Shown here one piece after another: positions 27,093 through 36,243 of a stretch of 64,000 nt of DNA. The DNA lies in NCBI GenBank assembly GCA_963666565.1, contig OY762911.1:128001-192000 (forward strand), written 5' to 3'. Source of the DNA: Thermoanaerobaculia bacterium. GTDB taxonomy: Bacteria > Acidobacteriota > Thermoanaerobaculia > Multivoradales > Multivoraceae. The stretch's first letter is position 1, and each line of letters starts with the position of its first letter. The notes beneath the pieces were generated by a model, which saw only the letters and a list, made by a program, of their open reading frames with translations, did not search any database and had not been told where the DNA came from. The translations under genes were made by a program, and so were the position numbers.

Positions 27093-28016
27093 ATGAAACC
27101 GCTGCACATCGAGACGCCGCTCTTCGAATCGCGGCCGCTGTCCGTCCACGCTGGCCGGAGCGTCTGGCTGAAGCTCGACGCGCTGCAGCCGCCCGGCTCG
27201 TTCAAGATCCGCGGCATCGGCTTCGCCTGCCAGGAGTACGTTCGGCGGGGCGCCAGGCGCCTGATCTCCTCGTCCGGCGGCAACGCGGGGATCGCGGTGG
27301 CCTACGCCGGGCGGCATCTCTCGGCGCCCGTCCTCATCGTCGTGCCCGAAACCACGTCCGAGCTGGCCAAGGCCCTGATCCGGCGGGAAGGCGCCGAGGT
27401 CGTCGTCCACGGCGAATCCTGGCAGGAAGCGAACGAACTGGCCGAGTCGACGGTCGGCGAGTCGGACGTGCTGGTCCATCCGTTCGACGACCCGCTCGTC
27501 TGGCAAGGCCACTCCACCCTGATCGACGAGGTCGCGGGGTCGGGAATCAAACCCGGCGCCGTGGTCGTCTCCGTCGGCGGGGGCGGGCTGCTGTGCGGCC
27601 TCGTCGAGGGGATGAGGCGAAACGGCTGGTCCGACGTCCCGGTGATCGCCGTCGAAACGGAAGGCGCCGACTCCCTGGCTCAGTCGGTGCGGGCGGGCCG
27701 CCGGGTCGAACTCCACGCCATCACCAGTCTCGCCATCACGCTGGGGGCCAAGAAGGTCTGCCAACGGGCGTTCGACTCCACCCGGGACCATCCGCTTCGG
27801 AGCGTCGTGGTCTCAGACCGGGCCGCTGTCTCAGCCTGTCAGCGGTTCCTCGCCGACCACCGCGTGGTCGTGGAGCCAGCTTGCGGCGCCTCGCTCGCCG
27901 CCGTGTACGACGGCGCGCCGGAGCTGGAGGATTTCGAGTCCGTCCTGGTCGTCGTCTGCGGCGGCGCGACGACCACGCTCGAACAGTTGAGAGAATGGGC
28001 GGATGGCGATGCGTGA
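27093..28016 (+). CDS. PLP-dependent L-serine/threonine ammonia-lyase
   Basis: GSFKIRG (PLP lysine), SSGGNAG, SVGGGGL, VEPACGA. Confidence 0.88.
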   Translation: MKPLHIETPLFESRPLSVHAGRSVWLKLDALQPPGSFKIRGIGFACQEYVRRGARRLISSSGGNAGIAVAYAGRHLSAPVLIVVPETTSELAKALIRREGAEVVVHGESWQEANELAESTVGESDVLVHPFDDPLVWQGHSTLIDEVAGSGIKPGAVVVSVGGGGLLCGLVEGMRRNGWSDVPVIAVETEGADSLAQSVRAGRRVELHAITSLAITLGAKKVCQRAFDSTRDHPLRSVVVSDRAAVSACQRFLADHRVVVEPACGASLAAVYDGAPELEDFESVLVVVCGGATTTLEQLREWADGDA

Positions 28017-29478
28017 CGAAGTCCTGCTGGCCGTCCTCGCGCTAGCCGCCGCTTGCGCCGGCCCCTCCGAGCCGCCTGCCGGCGTGGAGACGGGCGCCGA
28101 CAATCCAGCCATCGACGCGATCTTCGCCTCGTGGGACAAACCCGATTCACCGGGATGCGCGCTCGCCGTCGCCCGAAACGGCGAGTTCGTCTACACGCGC
28201 GGCTACGGCTACGCCAACCTCGACTACGACATTCCGGTCACGCCGCGGACGGTCTTCGACGTCGCCTCGGTGACCAAGCAGTTCGTCGCCGCCGTCGCCA
28301 ACCTGCTGGCGCTGGACGGCACGGTCTCGCTCGACGACGGGGTCCGCCAGTGGCTTCCGGAGCTACCCGAGTACGCGTCGCCGGTCACCCTGCGGCACCT
28401 GATCCACCACACGGGCGGCCTGCGCGACTATCTGAACCTGTTCCCGCTCGCCGGCAGCCACGACTACTACGCCGTCTCCCGCGAACAACTCCTGGCGATG
28501 ATGTCGCGGCAGCGCGCGCCGGTGTTCGCTCCCGGCGAGCGCTACGAGTACAGCAACACCGGCTACATGCTGCTGGCGCACGCGCTCGAACGCGCCGCCG
28601 GCAAGTCGCTGGGCGAGCTGGCCCGGGAGAGGATCTTCGAGCCGCTCGGGATGGACGGCAGCCTGATGTACGAGAACCGCGAGGAGATCATCCCGCGGCG
28701 CGCCACCGGCTACCACCGGGACGACGATGGCAACCTGCGGATCGTGCACAACTACGACTTCGAGATCGCCGGCGACGGGCAGCTTTACACGACGGTCGAG
28801 GACCTGCTGCGCTGGGACGACTACCTGCACGGCAAAGCCAAGCCGGCGATCCATGAGTCGATGCTGACCGAGGGGACGCTCAACAACGGCGAATCAACCG
28901 AGTACGCCCACGGCATCACGCTCGGTGAGTATCGCGGCCTGCGCACCGTGGGTCACGGCGGGCACTCCTGGGGCTTCCTGACGGAACTCAGGCGATACGT
29001 GGACGCCGGTCTGTCGATCGCCGTCTCCTGCAACGCCGAGTACGGGGCGCCCGGAGAGTTGGCGCAACGCGTTGTCGATCACTACCTGGCGGGTCGGCTC
29101 GGGCCCGAAGAAAGCGACGACGAGAAGGACGATGCCGACGACAAGGACGAGGACTCGCCAGCCGCTCCGTCCCTGTCATCCGCCGATCTGGCCGAGTTCG
29201 CCGGCAGCTTCTTCTCCGCCGAACTGGACGCCACCTACCGGTTCGCCGCCGGCGAAGGAGGGCTCACGCTGCGCGTCGAGCAGCAACCCGCGCTTGAAGT
29301 GCAACCGGTCGCTGAGGACGCGTTCCGGGTCGAGTTCGAGAGCCGTGGATGGGCAGCGTCGCCGGCGCGGCTGGAGTTCGATCGCGACGGGTCCGGGGCG
29401 GTCAACGGGTTCAGCCTGAGTTCGGGGTCGGAACGGGGGCTGGTGTTCGAGAAGGTGCCGGCGCTGGAGGTCCGATGA
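28009..29478 (+). CDS. Serine hydrolase, beta-lactamase class C / PBP family lipoprotein
   Basis: Lipobox AAAC, SVTK (SxxK), YSN, HGG. Confidence 0.88.
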   Translation: MRDEVLLAVLALAAACAGPSEPPAGVETGADNPAIDAIFASWDKPDSPGCALAVARNGEFVYTRGYGYANLDYDIPVTPRTVFDVASVTKQFVAAVANLLALDGTVSLDDGVRQWLPELPEYASPVTLRHLIHHTGGLRDYLNLFPLAGSHDYYAVSREQLLAMMSRQRAPVFAPGERYEYSNTGYMLLAHALERAAGKSLGELARERIFEPLGMDGSLMYENREEIIPRRATGYHRDDDGNLRIVHNYDFEIAGDGQLYTTVEDLLRWDDYLHGKAKPAIHESMLTEGTLNNGESTEYAHGITLGEYRGLRTVGHGGHSWGFLTELRRYVDAGLSIAVSCNAEYGAPGELAQRVVDHYLAGRLGPEESDDEKDDADDKDEDSPAAPSLSSADLAEFAGSFFSAELDATYRFAAGEGGLTLRVEQQPALEVQPVAEDAFRVEFESRGWAASPARLEFDRDGSGAVNGFSLSSGSERGLVFEKVPALEVR

Positions 29479-31064
29479 GGAGGACAAAGCGGAGCCAGGC
29501 CTTCGGCCTCGCGCGTTTCTTCACAAGCCGGCGGGGACGCCGGCGCACCCAGTGTGTGGCGATGTTGCTCGGCGCCGGCTTCGCCCTGACGGCCTGCGCC
29601 CCCGGCGACTCGACGCCCGGCGGCACGGTCATCGTCAACGCCCGCGTCATCGACGGCAGCGGCGGACCGTCGCGGGACGTCAACGTGCGCATCGAAGGCG
29701 ACCGCATCGCCGCGGTCGGTCACTTCGAACCCTCACCAGACCACGCCGTCGTCGACGCGGGCGGCCTGGTCCTGGCGCCCGGCTTCATCGACGTTCACAG
29801 TCACCACGACCACAAGCTGTTCGACATGCCGGACGCCCTGGCGGCGGTCAACCAAGGCATCACGACCATCGTGGCCGGGCAGGACGGAGGCCACCAGTAC
29901 CCGCTCGCCGAGTTCTTCGGCCGACTCGACGCAACGCCGGCCGCCGTCAACGTCGCATCCTTCGCCGGGTTCGGGACGCTGCGTGGCGAGGTCATGGGCG
30001 ATGACTACCAACGCCATGCGACGCCGGAAGAAGTGGCGACAATGGCCGACCTCCTCCGCGCCGAACTAGAAGCCGGCGCTCTCGGCCTCTCGTCCGGCCT
30101 GGAGTACGACCCCGGCTCCTTCTCGACGACCGAAGAGGTGATCGAACTCGCCCGCGTGGCGGCCGCGCACGGTGGCACCTACATCAGCCACATCCGCAGC
30201 GAGGACCGCTACTTCTGGGAAGCGATCGAGGAGATCGTCCGGATCGGCCGGGAAGCCGACCTGCCCGTCCAGGTGACTCACATGAAGCTCGCCATGAACA
30301 ACTGGTGGGGCCAGGCTGACCGGCTCCTCACCAGACTGGACGAAGCCCGCGCCTCGGGCGTCGTGATCACGGCCGACATCTACCCCTACCGGGCCTGGAG
30401 CACGTCCTTTACCTGGCTGACGACCGTGTTCCCTGACCGCGATCTCGACCGGCGGGACGGCGCGAAGTACATCCTCACCGATCTGCTGTCGCCCGACGAC
30501 GTCCTCCTCCCCGACTTCCTGCCGGAACCGGCCTACAACGGCCTGACGCTGGCCGAGATCGCCGAGGTCCGCGGCGCCGACGTGGAAACGACCCTGATGG
30601 ACCTGCTCAAGGCCGACACCGAGATGGGCGGCGAATCCTCAATGATCGGTTTCGCCATGGACGAACCGGACATCGAGGCCATCATGGCCTGGCCGCACGC
30701 CGTCATCTGCAGCGACGGCGGCCTCGACGGTTCCCATCCGCGCGGGTTCGGCGCCTTCACCCGGTTCCTCGGGCACTACGTTCGCCAGCGCAACGTCGTC
30801 AGTCTCGAAGAGGGCATTCGCAAGATGACCTCGCTCTCCGCCGAGCACGTGAGGATCACGGATCGCGGCGCGATCGAGGAGGGGTACTACGCCGACCTCG
30901 TGCTGTTCGACCCCGAGACCGTCATCGATCATTCGACCTACGAGGACCCGCACGTGCTTTCCGCAGGGATCGAGAAGGTCTGGGTCAACGGCGAACTCGT
31001 GTACGACGGCGGCGAGACGACCGGCCACCGGCCCGGCAGCGTGATCCGGCGTTCCGGGTCGTGA
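29475..31064 (+). CDS. N-acyl-D-amino-acid deacylase (amidohydrolase) lipoprotein
   Basis: ATGA overlap and GGAGG RBS. PGFIDVHSH, SHIRSE, SDG and HPRGFG motifs. Lipobox LTAC. Confidence 0.88.
   Translation: MRRTKRSQAFGLARFFTSRRGRRRTQCVAMLLGAGFALTACAPGDSTPGGTVIVNARVIDGSGGPSRDVNVRIEGDRIAAVGHFEPSPDHAVVDAGGLVLAPGFIDVHSHHDHKLFDMPDALAAVNQGITTIVAGQDGGHQYPLAEFFGRLDATPAAVNVASFAGFGTLRGEVMGDDYQRHATPEEVATMADLLRAELEAGALGLSSGLEYDPGSFSTTEEVIELARVAAAHGGTYISHIRSEDRYFWEAIEEIVRIGREADLPVQVTHMKLAMNNWWGQADRLLTRLDEARASGVVITADIYPYRAWSTSFTWLTTVFPDRDLDRRDGAKYILTDLLSPDDVLLPDFLPEPAYNGLTLAEIAEVRGADVETTLMDLLKADTEMGGESSMIGFAMDEPDIEAIMAWPHAVICSDGGLDGSHPRGFGAFTRFLGHYVRQRNVVSLEEGIRKMTSLSAEHVRITDRGAIEEGYYADLVLFDPETVIDHSTYEDPHVLSAGIEKVWVNGELVYDGGETTGHRPGSVIRRSGS
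29488..29556. repeat. REP-like element, family B (about 65 bp)
   Basis: aagcggagc...cctcgcgcgttt...gccggcggggacgccggcgcacccagtgtg, with a matching copy at 34208-34274. Confidence 0.75.
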
Positions 31065-31138
31065 GTGCTGGATCGAGCTCGCGCCGGCTCGGACGACCGC
31101 TGGCCAGAAGAACACATCTGCATGCTATTGTGTTCTCC

Positions 31139-31381
31139 ATGAACAAGACCATCACCCTGAGACTGGACGAGGGCGCCTACGAGGAGTTGAAAGAGGCGGC
31201 GCAGGCAGAGAATCGGCCTTTGTCGAATCTCATCGAGACGGCAGCGCTGGCCAGAGTTCGCGAGCAGCAGTTCGTCGACGACGCCGAGATGGCCGAGATT
31301 CTGGAGAACGAGTCGTTGCTGAAGCGGCTTCGGGCGGGCTCGCGCGATGCCTCGCTGCGCAAGGGCGCGTTCGTTGATTGA
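31139..31381 (+). CDS. RHH/CopG-type antitoxin
   Basis: MNKTITLRLDE...AAQAENRPLSNLIE. An extended -10 (TGcTATTGT) sits 7 nt before the ATG. Confidence 0.8.
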   Translation: MNKTITLRLDEGAYEELKEAAQAENRPLSNLIETAALARVREQQFVDDAEMAEILENESLLKRLRAGSRDASLRKGAFVD

Positions 31382-31655
31382 CTATCGGCTGTTCGAGACC
31401 GATCAGTTCAGGCGAGACCTGCGCAAGATCTCCCGCGGGGGCCATCGAGCCGTCGTCGAGAAGCTGCGAAGAGTGGTGTACCCGCAGTTGCGTCAGCATC
31501 CTCACATGGGGCCACACATTCGACGCCTCAAGGGCTTCGAGCCGCCGACCTGGCGCTACCGCATCGGGGCCTGGCGCTTCTTCTACGAGGTCGACGACCA
31601 GCAACGGATCGTCCTGCTTCTCACTGCGGTTCACCGCGGCGCTGCGTATCGCTAG
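31374..31655 (+). CDS. RelE/ParE family toxin
   Basis: TTG start overlapping the antitoxin. IRRLKG...WRYRIGAWRFFYEVD...HRGAAY. Confidence 0.85.
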   Translation: MIDYRLFETDQFRRDLRKISRGGHRAVVEKLRRVVYPQLRQHPHMGPHIRRLKGFEPPTWRYRIGAWRFFYEVDDQQRIVLLLTAVHRGAAYR

Positions 31656-31699
31656 AGTCTCGGTTTCCGGCGGACCCCAACGCCGTGGGAATCGAGTCG

Positions 31700-32605
31700 A
31701 TGGCACACGGATTCACCGACCGCGACGTACCCGACCAGTCGGGGCGGACGTTTCTCGTCACCGGCGCGAACACCGGCATCGGCTTCGAGACGGCCCGGGT
31801 GTTGGCGCGGCGTGGCGGACGCGTGCTGCTGGGCTGTCGCTCGGAGGAGCGAGCCGCCGGCGCGATCGCCAGGATTCACGCCGAATCCCCTGAGGCCGAC
31901 ATCGAGTTCCTGCCCCTCGACCAGGCGGACCTTGCCTGCGTCCGCGCGGCCGCCGAGCGGGCCGCCGCCGAGCCCCGGCTCGACGTGCTCGTCAACAACG
32001 CCGGCATCATGGGCGTGCCGCGCACCCTGACCGTCGATGGCTTCGAGTCGCAGTTCGGCGTCAATCACCTCGGCACGTTCGCGCTCACCGGCCTGCTCCT
32101 GGCGAAGCTGGAGGAAACCGCGGGCAGCCGGATCGTCGTCACGGCCAGCCTCGCCCACCGCGGTGGCCGGATCCACTGGGAGGACATCGACGGCGCCAAG
32201 CTCTACTCTCGCCAGGCGCGCTACCAGCAGAGCAAGCTGGCGAACCTGCTGCACATGGCCGAACTCGACCGGCGGCTCAAGGCCCGAGGCTCGCGGACGA
32301 TCGCGGTCGCCTGCCATCCCGGCCTGGCGCAGACCGAGATCGGCCGCGGCTTCCCGCTGATCCAGATGGCGGCGCCCCTGATTCGCACCTTCTTCAACAC
32401 CCAGGCGGCGGGCGCCTGGCCGACGCTGATGGCGGCGACCGGGCCCGGCGTCGAGGGCGGCGACTACTACGGACCGTCGCGGTTCGGAGAGCTCAGCGGT
32501 CCGGCCGTCAAGGCCTGGTCGAATCCGGCGAGCCGCGACCCGGAACTCGGCAGGAGGTTGTGGGAGCTGTCGGTCGAGATGACGGGAGTGGATCCTGGAA
32601 TCTGA
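31700..32605 (+). CDS. Short-chain dehydrogenase/reductase
   Basis: TGANTGIG, NNAG, YQQSK. Confidence 0.9.
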   Translation: MAHGFTDRDVPDQSGRTFLVTGANTGIGFETARVLARRGGRVLLGCRSEERAAGAIARIHAESPEADIEFLPLDQADLACVRAAAERAAAEPRLDVLVNNAGIMGVPRTLTVDGFESQFGVNHLGTFALTGLLLAKLEETAGSRIVVTASLAHRGGRIHWEDIDGAKLYSRQARYQQSKLANLLHMAELDRRLKARGSRTIAVACHPGLAQTEIGRGFPLIQMAAPLIRTFFNTQAAGAWPTLMAATGPGVEGGDYYGPSRFGELSGPAVKAWSNPASRDPELGRRLWELSVEMTGVDPGI

Positions 32606-32621
32606 ACGCATTGAAACGCAG

Positions 32622-34208
32622 GTGCTGATCGTCGGCGGCGGTCCGATCGGCCTCATGGGCTCCCTGCTCCTGTCCCGGCTGGGCGTCAGGTCGCTGGTCG
32701 TCGACCTGCGGGGACGCACCAGCACGCACCCGCGGTCCCGCCTGCTGGACGCGCCGTCGGTCGAGTTGATGCGCGAGGTGGGCGTGGAGCAGCAGGTGAT
32801 CGACACCGGCCTCGGTCCCGACTGGACCGAGTACAACCGCTGGTTCGACTGCCTGGCGGGCAGGGAGATCTGCCGGGTACCCACACCCTCCTTCCACTCG
32901 GTCCGGACCGCCCGCAGTTCCTCCATGCCCGTGATGACGGCGCAGGACTGCGTCGAGGCGATCCTCTTCGACAAGGCTGCGTCGGACCCGAACGTCGACC
33001 TCCGCTTCGACACGACCGCGAGCGGACTGGCCCAGGACGACGCCGGCGTCTCCTGCACCATCCGCGACAACCGCACCGGCAGCGCGACCCTCGTCTCCGC
33101 CGGGTTCGCGATCGGCGCCGACGGCCTGCGCAGTTCGACGCGCGCCGCCATCGGCACGACGCTGGAGGCCGACTTCATGGACGTCTTCTTCCAGGACGTC
33201 ATCTTCGAGGCGGACTTCTCGCAACACACCAGCGACCGCCAGGGCGGCCTGCTCTTCATCGCCCACCCGATGGGCGCGGCCGTCTTCCAGCCGCTCGACG
33301 GCGTGCGCCGCTGGCGCTGCCAGATCGGCGGCTTTGACCGCACGCAGGAGGAGATGACAGCAGAGTTCGCCGAGAAGTGGATCCGATCGGCGCTCGGCGC
33401 GGACGATCCGGTGCCGATCGAAGTGCGGACGATGACCGAGTGGCAGTTCCAGCCGGGCCGCGCAGGCCGTCTCGGCAGGGGCCGCATCTTCCTGGCCGGC
33501 GACGCCGCGCATGTGTTCATCCCGACCGGCGGCCTCGGCAACAACACAGGTTTCGTCGGCATCCGCAACCTGGCCTGGAAGATCGCGTTCGTGCTCCGCG
33601 GCGCCTCGCCCGCTTCCCTGCTCGAGACGTACGACCTCGAGCATCAACCGGTCGCCGAGCAGCGCGTCGCCACCGGGCACCGCAACGCGCAACTGTCCGG
33701 AGGGATCTTCCGGGCGTTCCACGAGGCCGGCGACACGGAAGCGGCCGCCCGGAACTGCCGCCAGTACGGGGAGTACGAGGGGCTGATCTACGGCTACGAG
33801 TTGACGTCGGAACTCTGCGCACGCGACGACGAGCCCGGGCCGGAGGTGGAGCATCCCGTCTGCGACTACGTGCCGGTCGTGCGGTCCGGGCGGCGGGCGC
33901 CGAACCTGTGGCTGGACGGGAGCTGGACGCGTTCCGTCCTCGACTGGAACGGCCTGGGCTACACCGCCGTGCTGGGGGCGCGCGTGGACTCCGCGGCGTG
34001 GCGGGCCGCGGCCGGAGCGCTCGCGGCGAGCGGGTTCCCCATGCGCACCGAACGGCTGCCGGAGGTGGATGCCACCTCGCCCTACGACAACGGTGAGATC
34101 GTTCTCATGCGGCCGGACGGCATCGTTGCCGACCATTGGGACGCCGGCAGTGTGCGTGCCGGCGAAGAAGCGGCGCGGCTGCAACGCATGCTGCCGATGG
34201 CAGGGTGA
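32622..34208 (+). CDS. FAD-dependent monooxygenase (PheA/TfdB-like); true start may be a few codons upstream
   Basis: IVGGGPIG, GADG, LAGDAAH...PTGGLGNNTG, RPDG. Confidence 0.88.
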   Translation: MLIVGGGPIGLMGSLLLSRLGVRSLVVDLRGRTSTHPRSRLLDAPSVELMREVGVEQQVIDTGLGPDWTEYNRWFDCLAGREICRVPTPSFHSVRTARSSSMPVMTAQDCVEAILFDKAASDPNVDLRFDTTASGLAQDDAGVSCTIRDNRTGSATLVSAGFAIGADGLRSSTRAAIGTTLEADFMDVFFQDVIFEADFSQHTSDRQGGLLFIAHPMGAAVFQPLDGVRRWRCQIGGFDRTQEEMTAEFAEKWIRSALGADDPVPIEVRTMTEWQFQPGRAGRLGRGRIFLAGDAAHVFIPTGGLGNNTGFVGIRNLAWKIAFVLRGASPASLLETYDLEHQPVAEQRVATGHRNAQLSGGIFRAFHEAGDTEAAARNCRQYGEYEGLIYGYELTSELCARDDEPGPEVEHPVCDYVPVVRSGRRAPNLWLDGSWTRSVLDWNGLGYTAVLGARVDSAAWRAAAGALAASGFPMRTERLPEVDATSPYDNGEIVLMRPDGIVADHWDAGSVRAGEEAARLQRMLPMAG

Positions 34209-34274
34209 AGCGGAGCGAGGCTGGCGCCTCGCGCGTTTGCCCAGGCCGGAGGGGACGCCGGCGCACCCAGTGTG
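34208..34274. repeat. REP-like element, family B
   Basis: Matches 29488-29556. Confidence 0.75.
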
Positions 34275-35022
34275 GCGCAGATCAGGGGTTGCGGAGCAAA
34301 CTTGCCCGCACTTCTGGAAGGGCGGAGGCAGGAGCTGGGAGACCTTCATCCTCCAGGAGCTGCTGCCCCACGTCCGCAGTCGATACAACGTGGCGCAGGA
34401 CCGGGCCGGCACGGTGATCGGCGGCGGCTCCGCGGGGGGTCAGGGCACGCTCCGGATCGGCCTCCGCAACCCCGAGACGTTCGCGGCCGCGGCGGCCCTC
34501 GAACCGGGATTCCCGCCGGTGGCCTCCTTCGCCGACCTCGACCTCACGCCCTACGGTCCCGGCGCGATGCGGTTCCTGCACGAGCGCTTCGGCGACCCCT
34601 TCGACGAGGAGTACTGGCGGGCCCGGCATCCGCCGACGATCGTCATCGACAGCGCCGACCGGCTCCGCGCCTCCGGCCTGGAGCTCCTGGTCGAGGCCGG
34701 CGACGAGGACGCGAACCTGACGTACCTGAGCGCCGAACTGCTCCACCGGCTGCTCTTCGACGCCGCGATCCCGCACGAGTACCACCTGGTGCAGGGGGCC
34801 GCCCACACCGGACGCTCGGTCCCGCGCCGTCTCAAGAACGTGCTCGGCTTCTTCCAGCGCGCACTGCGTCCCGAAGGGCCCGACCCGGAGGCCGAGGATC
34901 ACCTGGCCAGGGCCAAACGGAGCGGCCGCTACGCGCCGCGGGTGCCGAACCAGCTCGACTTCGAAACCGTCGACTTCCGGCAGGAGGCCGCCGGCAGCGG
35001 CGAAGGCAGCCCGCCGCCTTGA
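34270..35022 (+). pseudogene. 5'-truncated esterase (S-formylglutathione hydrolase-like)
   Basis: WETFILQELLP, GGSAGG, GDED and GAAH are present. The expected N-terminal part is missing and the frame begins inside a REP. Confidence 0.6.
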
Positions 35023-36170
35023 GAATCGACCGCCTCGAGCTGTACCACGTCAGGTCGCCGCTGCCGGCACCGCTCCACGTGGCCGCGCAGCCCGGCCACG
35101 GGCAGACCCACAACAAGTTGACGTTCGTCCGCATGACGACGGACGAAGGCGTCGTCGGCGAGTCGGCCGGGATGACTCTGGGCCGGTTTCACGCAGGCCT
35201 GGGCGACGCCCTGGGACCGTTCATTCTCGGCCGCGACCCGCTCGACATCGAGGACTTCGGCAGCGTCCTCGACGCCGGGGAGGCGCTCGGCATCCGCCTG
35301 GCCTGGCTCGAACCGGCGCTGTGGGACATCGCCGGCAAGGTCGAGGGCCAGCCCGTGTACGAGCTGCTTGGCGGCGGCAGGGACAAGCTCAGGGCCTACG
35401 CATCGACCTCCGAGCTTCGACCGCCCGACGAGCGCGCCGAGAACCTGCTCGAGCTCAAGGAGATGGGCTTCGGCGCCGTCAAGCTCCGCGCCCACTACCC
35501 GGACTGGCGCGACGACGTGGCAGTCATCGAGCGGGCGCGCGAAGCGGTCGGACCCGACCTGGCGCTGATGGTCGACGCGAACCAGGGCTTCCACTTCTCG
35601 CTCCTGCCGGGCGCGCCGCCGAAGTGGGACGTCGACATCGCGGCCGCGTTCGCGAGCGCGATCGAGACCTGCGACATGACCTGGATCGAGGAGCCGCTCG
35701 ACCGCAACGACTACGCGGCGCTCGCCGAACTCCGCCAGCGAACTTCGATTCCGCTAGCCGGAGGGGAGCTGAACTGGCGGCTCAACGAGTACGGACTACT
35801 GCTCGAGAAGCAGTCCCTCGACATCCTCCAGGCCGACGCCATGTTCTTCGGCGGCATCGCGGGATGCCGGAAGGTGGCCGCCCTCGCCGAAGCGAACGGC
35901 CTGGCCTTCGCCGCCCACACATGGAACAACGGCTTCGCCCTGCTCGCCAACCTCCACCTGATGGCCGCCAGCCCCAACTGCGAGTGGTGCGAGTTCCCCT
36001 ACGAACCGCCGGGCTGGACCACGGAGGGCCGCGACGCGCTGCTGGCCGAGACGACCGAGATCGATGAAGACGGCTTCGTCCACCTTCCGCAGCGCCCCGG
36101 CCTCGGCATAGTGCTCGACGAGGACAAGCTGGAGAGCTTCGGCGAACGGTTCTACGACGGCCGCGCGTGA
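35019..36170 (+). CDS. Mandelate racemase / muconate lactonizing enzyme family (enolase superfamily)
   Basis: TTGA overlap. ALWDIAGK, KLR, MVDANQ, WIEEP, AGGE. Confidence 0.88.
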   Translation: MRIDRLELYHVRSPLPAPLHVAAQPGHGQTHNKLTFVRMTTDEGVVGESAGMTLGRFHAGLGDALGPFILGRDPLDIEDFGSVLDAGEALGIRLAWLEPALWDIAGKVEGQPVYELLGGGRDKLRAYASTSELRPPDERAENLLELKEMGFGAVKLRAHYPDWRDDVAVIERAREAVGPDLALMVDANQGFHFSLLPGAPPKWDVDIAAAFASAIETCDMTWIEEPLDRNDYAALAELRQRTSIPLAGGELNWRLNEYGLLLEKQSLDILQADAMFFGGIAGCRKVAALAEANGLAFAAHTWNNGFALLANLHLMAASPNCEWCEFPYEPPGWTTEGRDALLAETTEIDEDGFVHLPQRPGLGIVLDEDKLESFGERFYDGRA

Positions 36171-36243
36171 GTTCCGGCGAGCGGCAAACCGTCCGCGTGA
36201 AGACCGCGCGTCTCCCACCGGCCCGGTACGCCAGCCCGTTCTT

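Noticed and set aside
17435-31655. TA genes as integron cassettes
   Set aside because: No attC-like sites or integron integrase were recognised.
36171-36243. GGCAAACC suggesting a c-di-GMP-I riboswitch
   Set aside because: The remainder of the consensus is missing, and the site lies between convergent gene ends.
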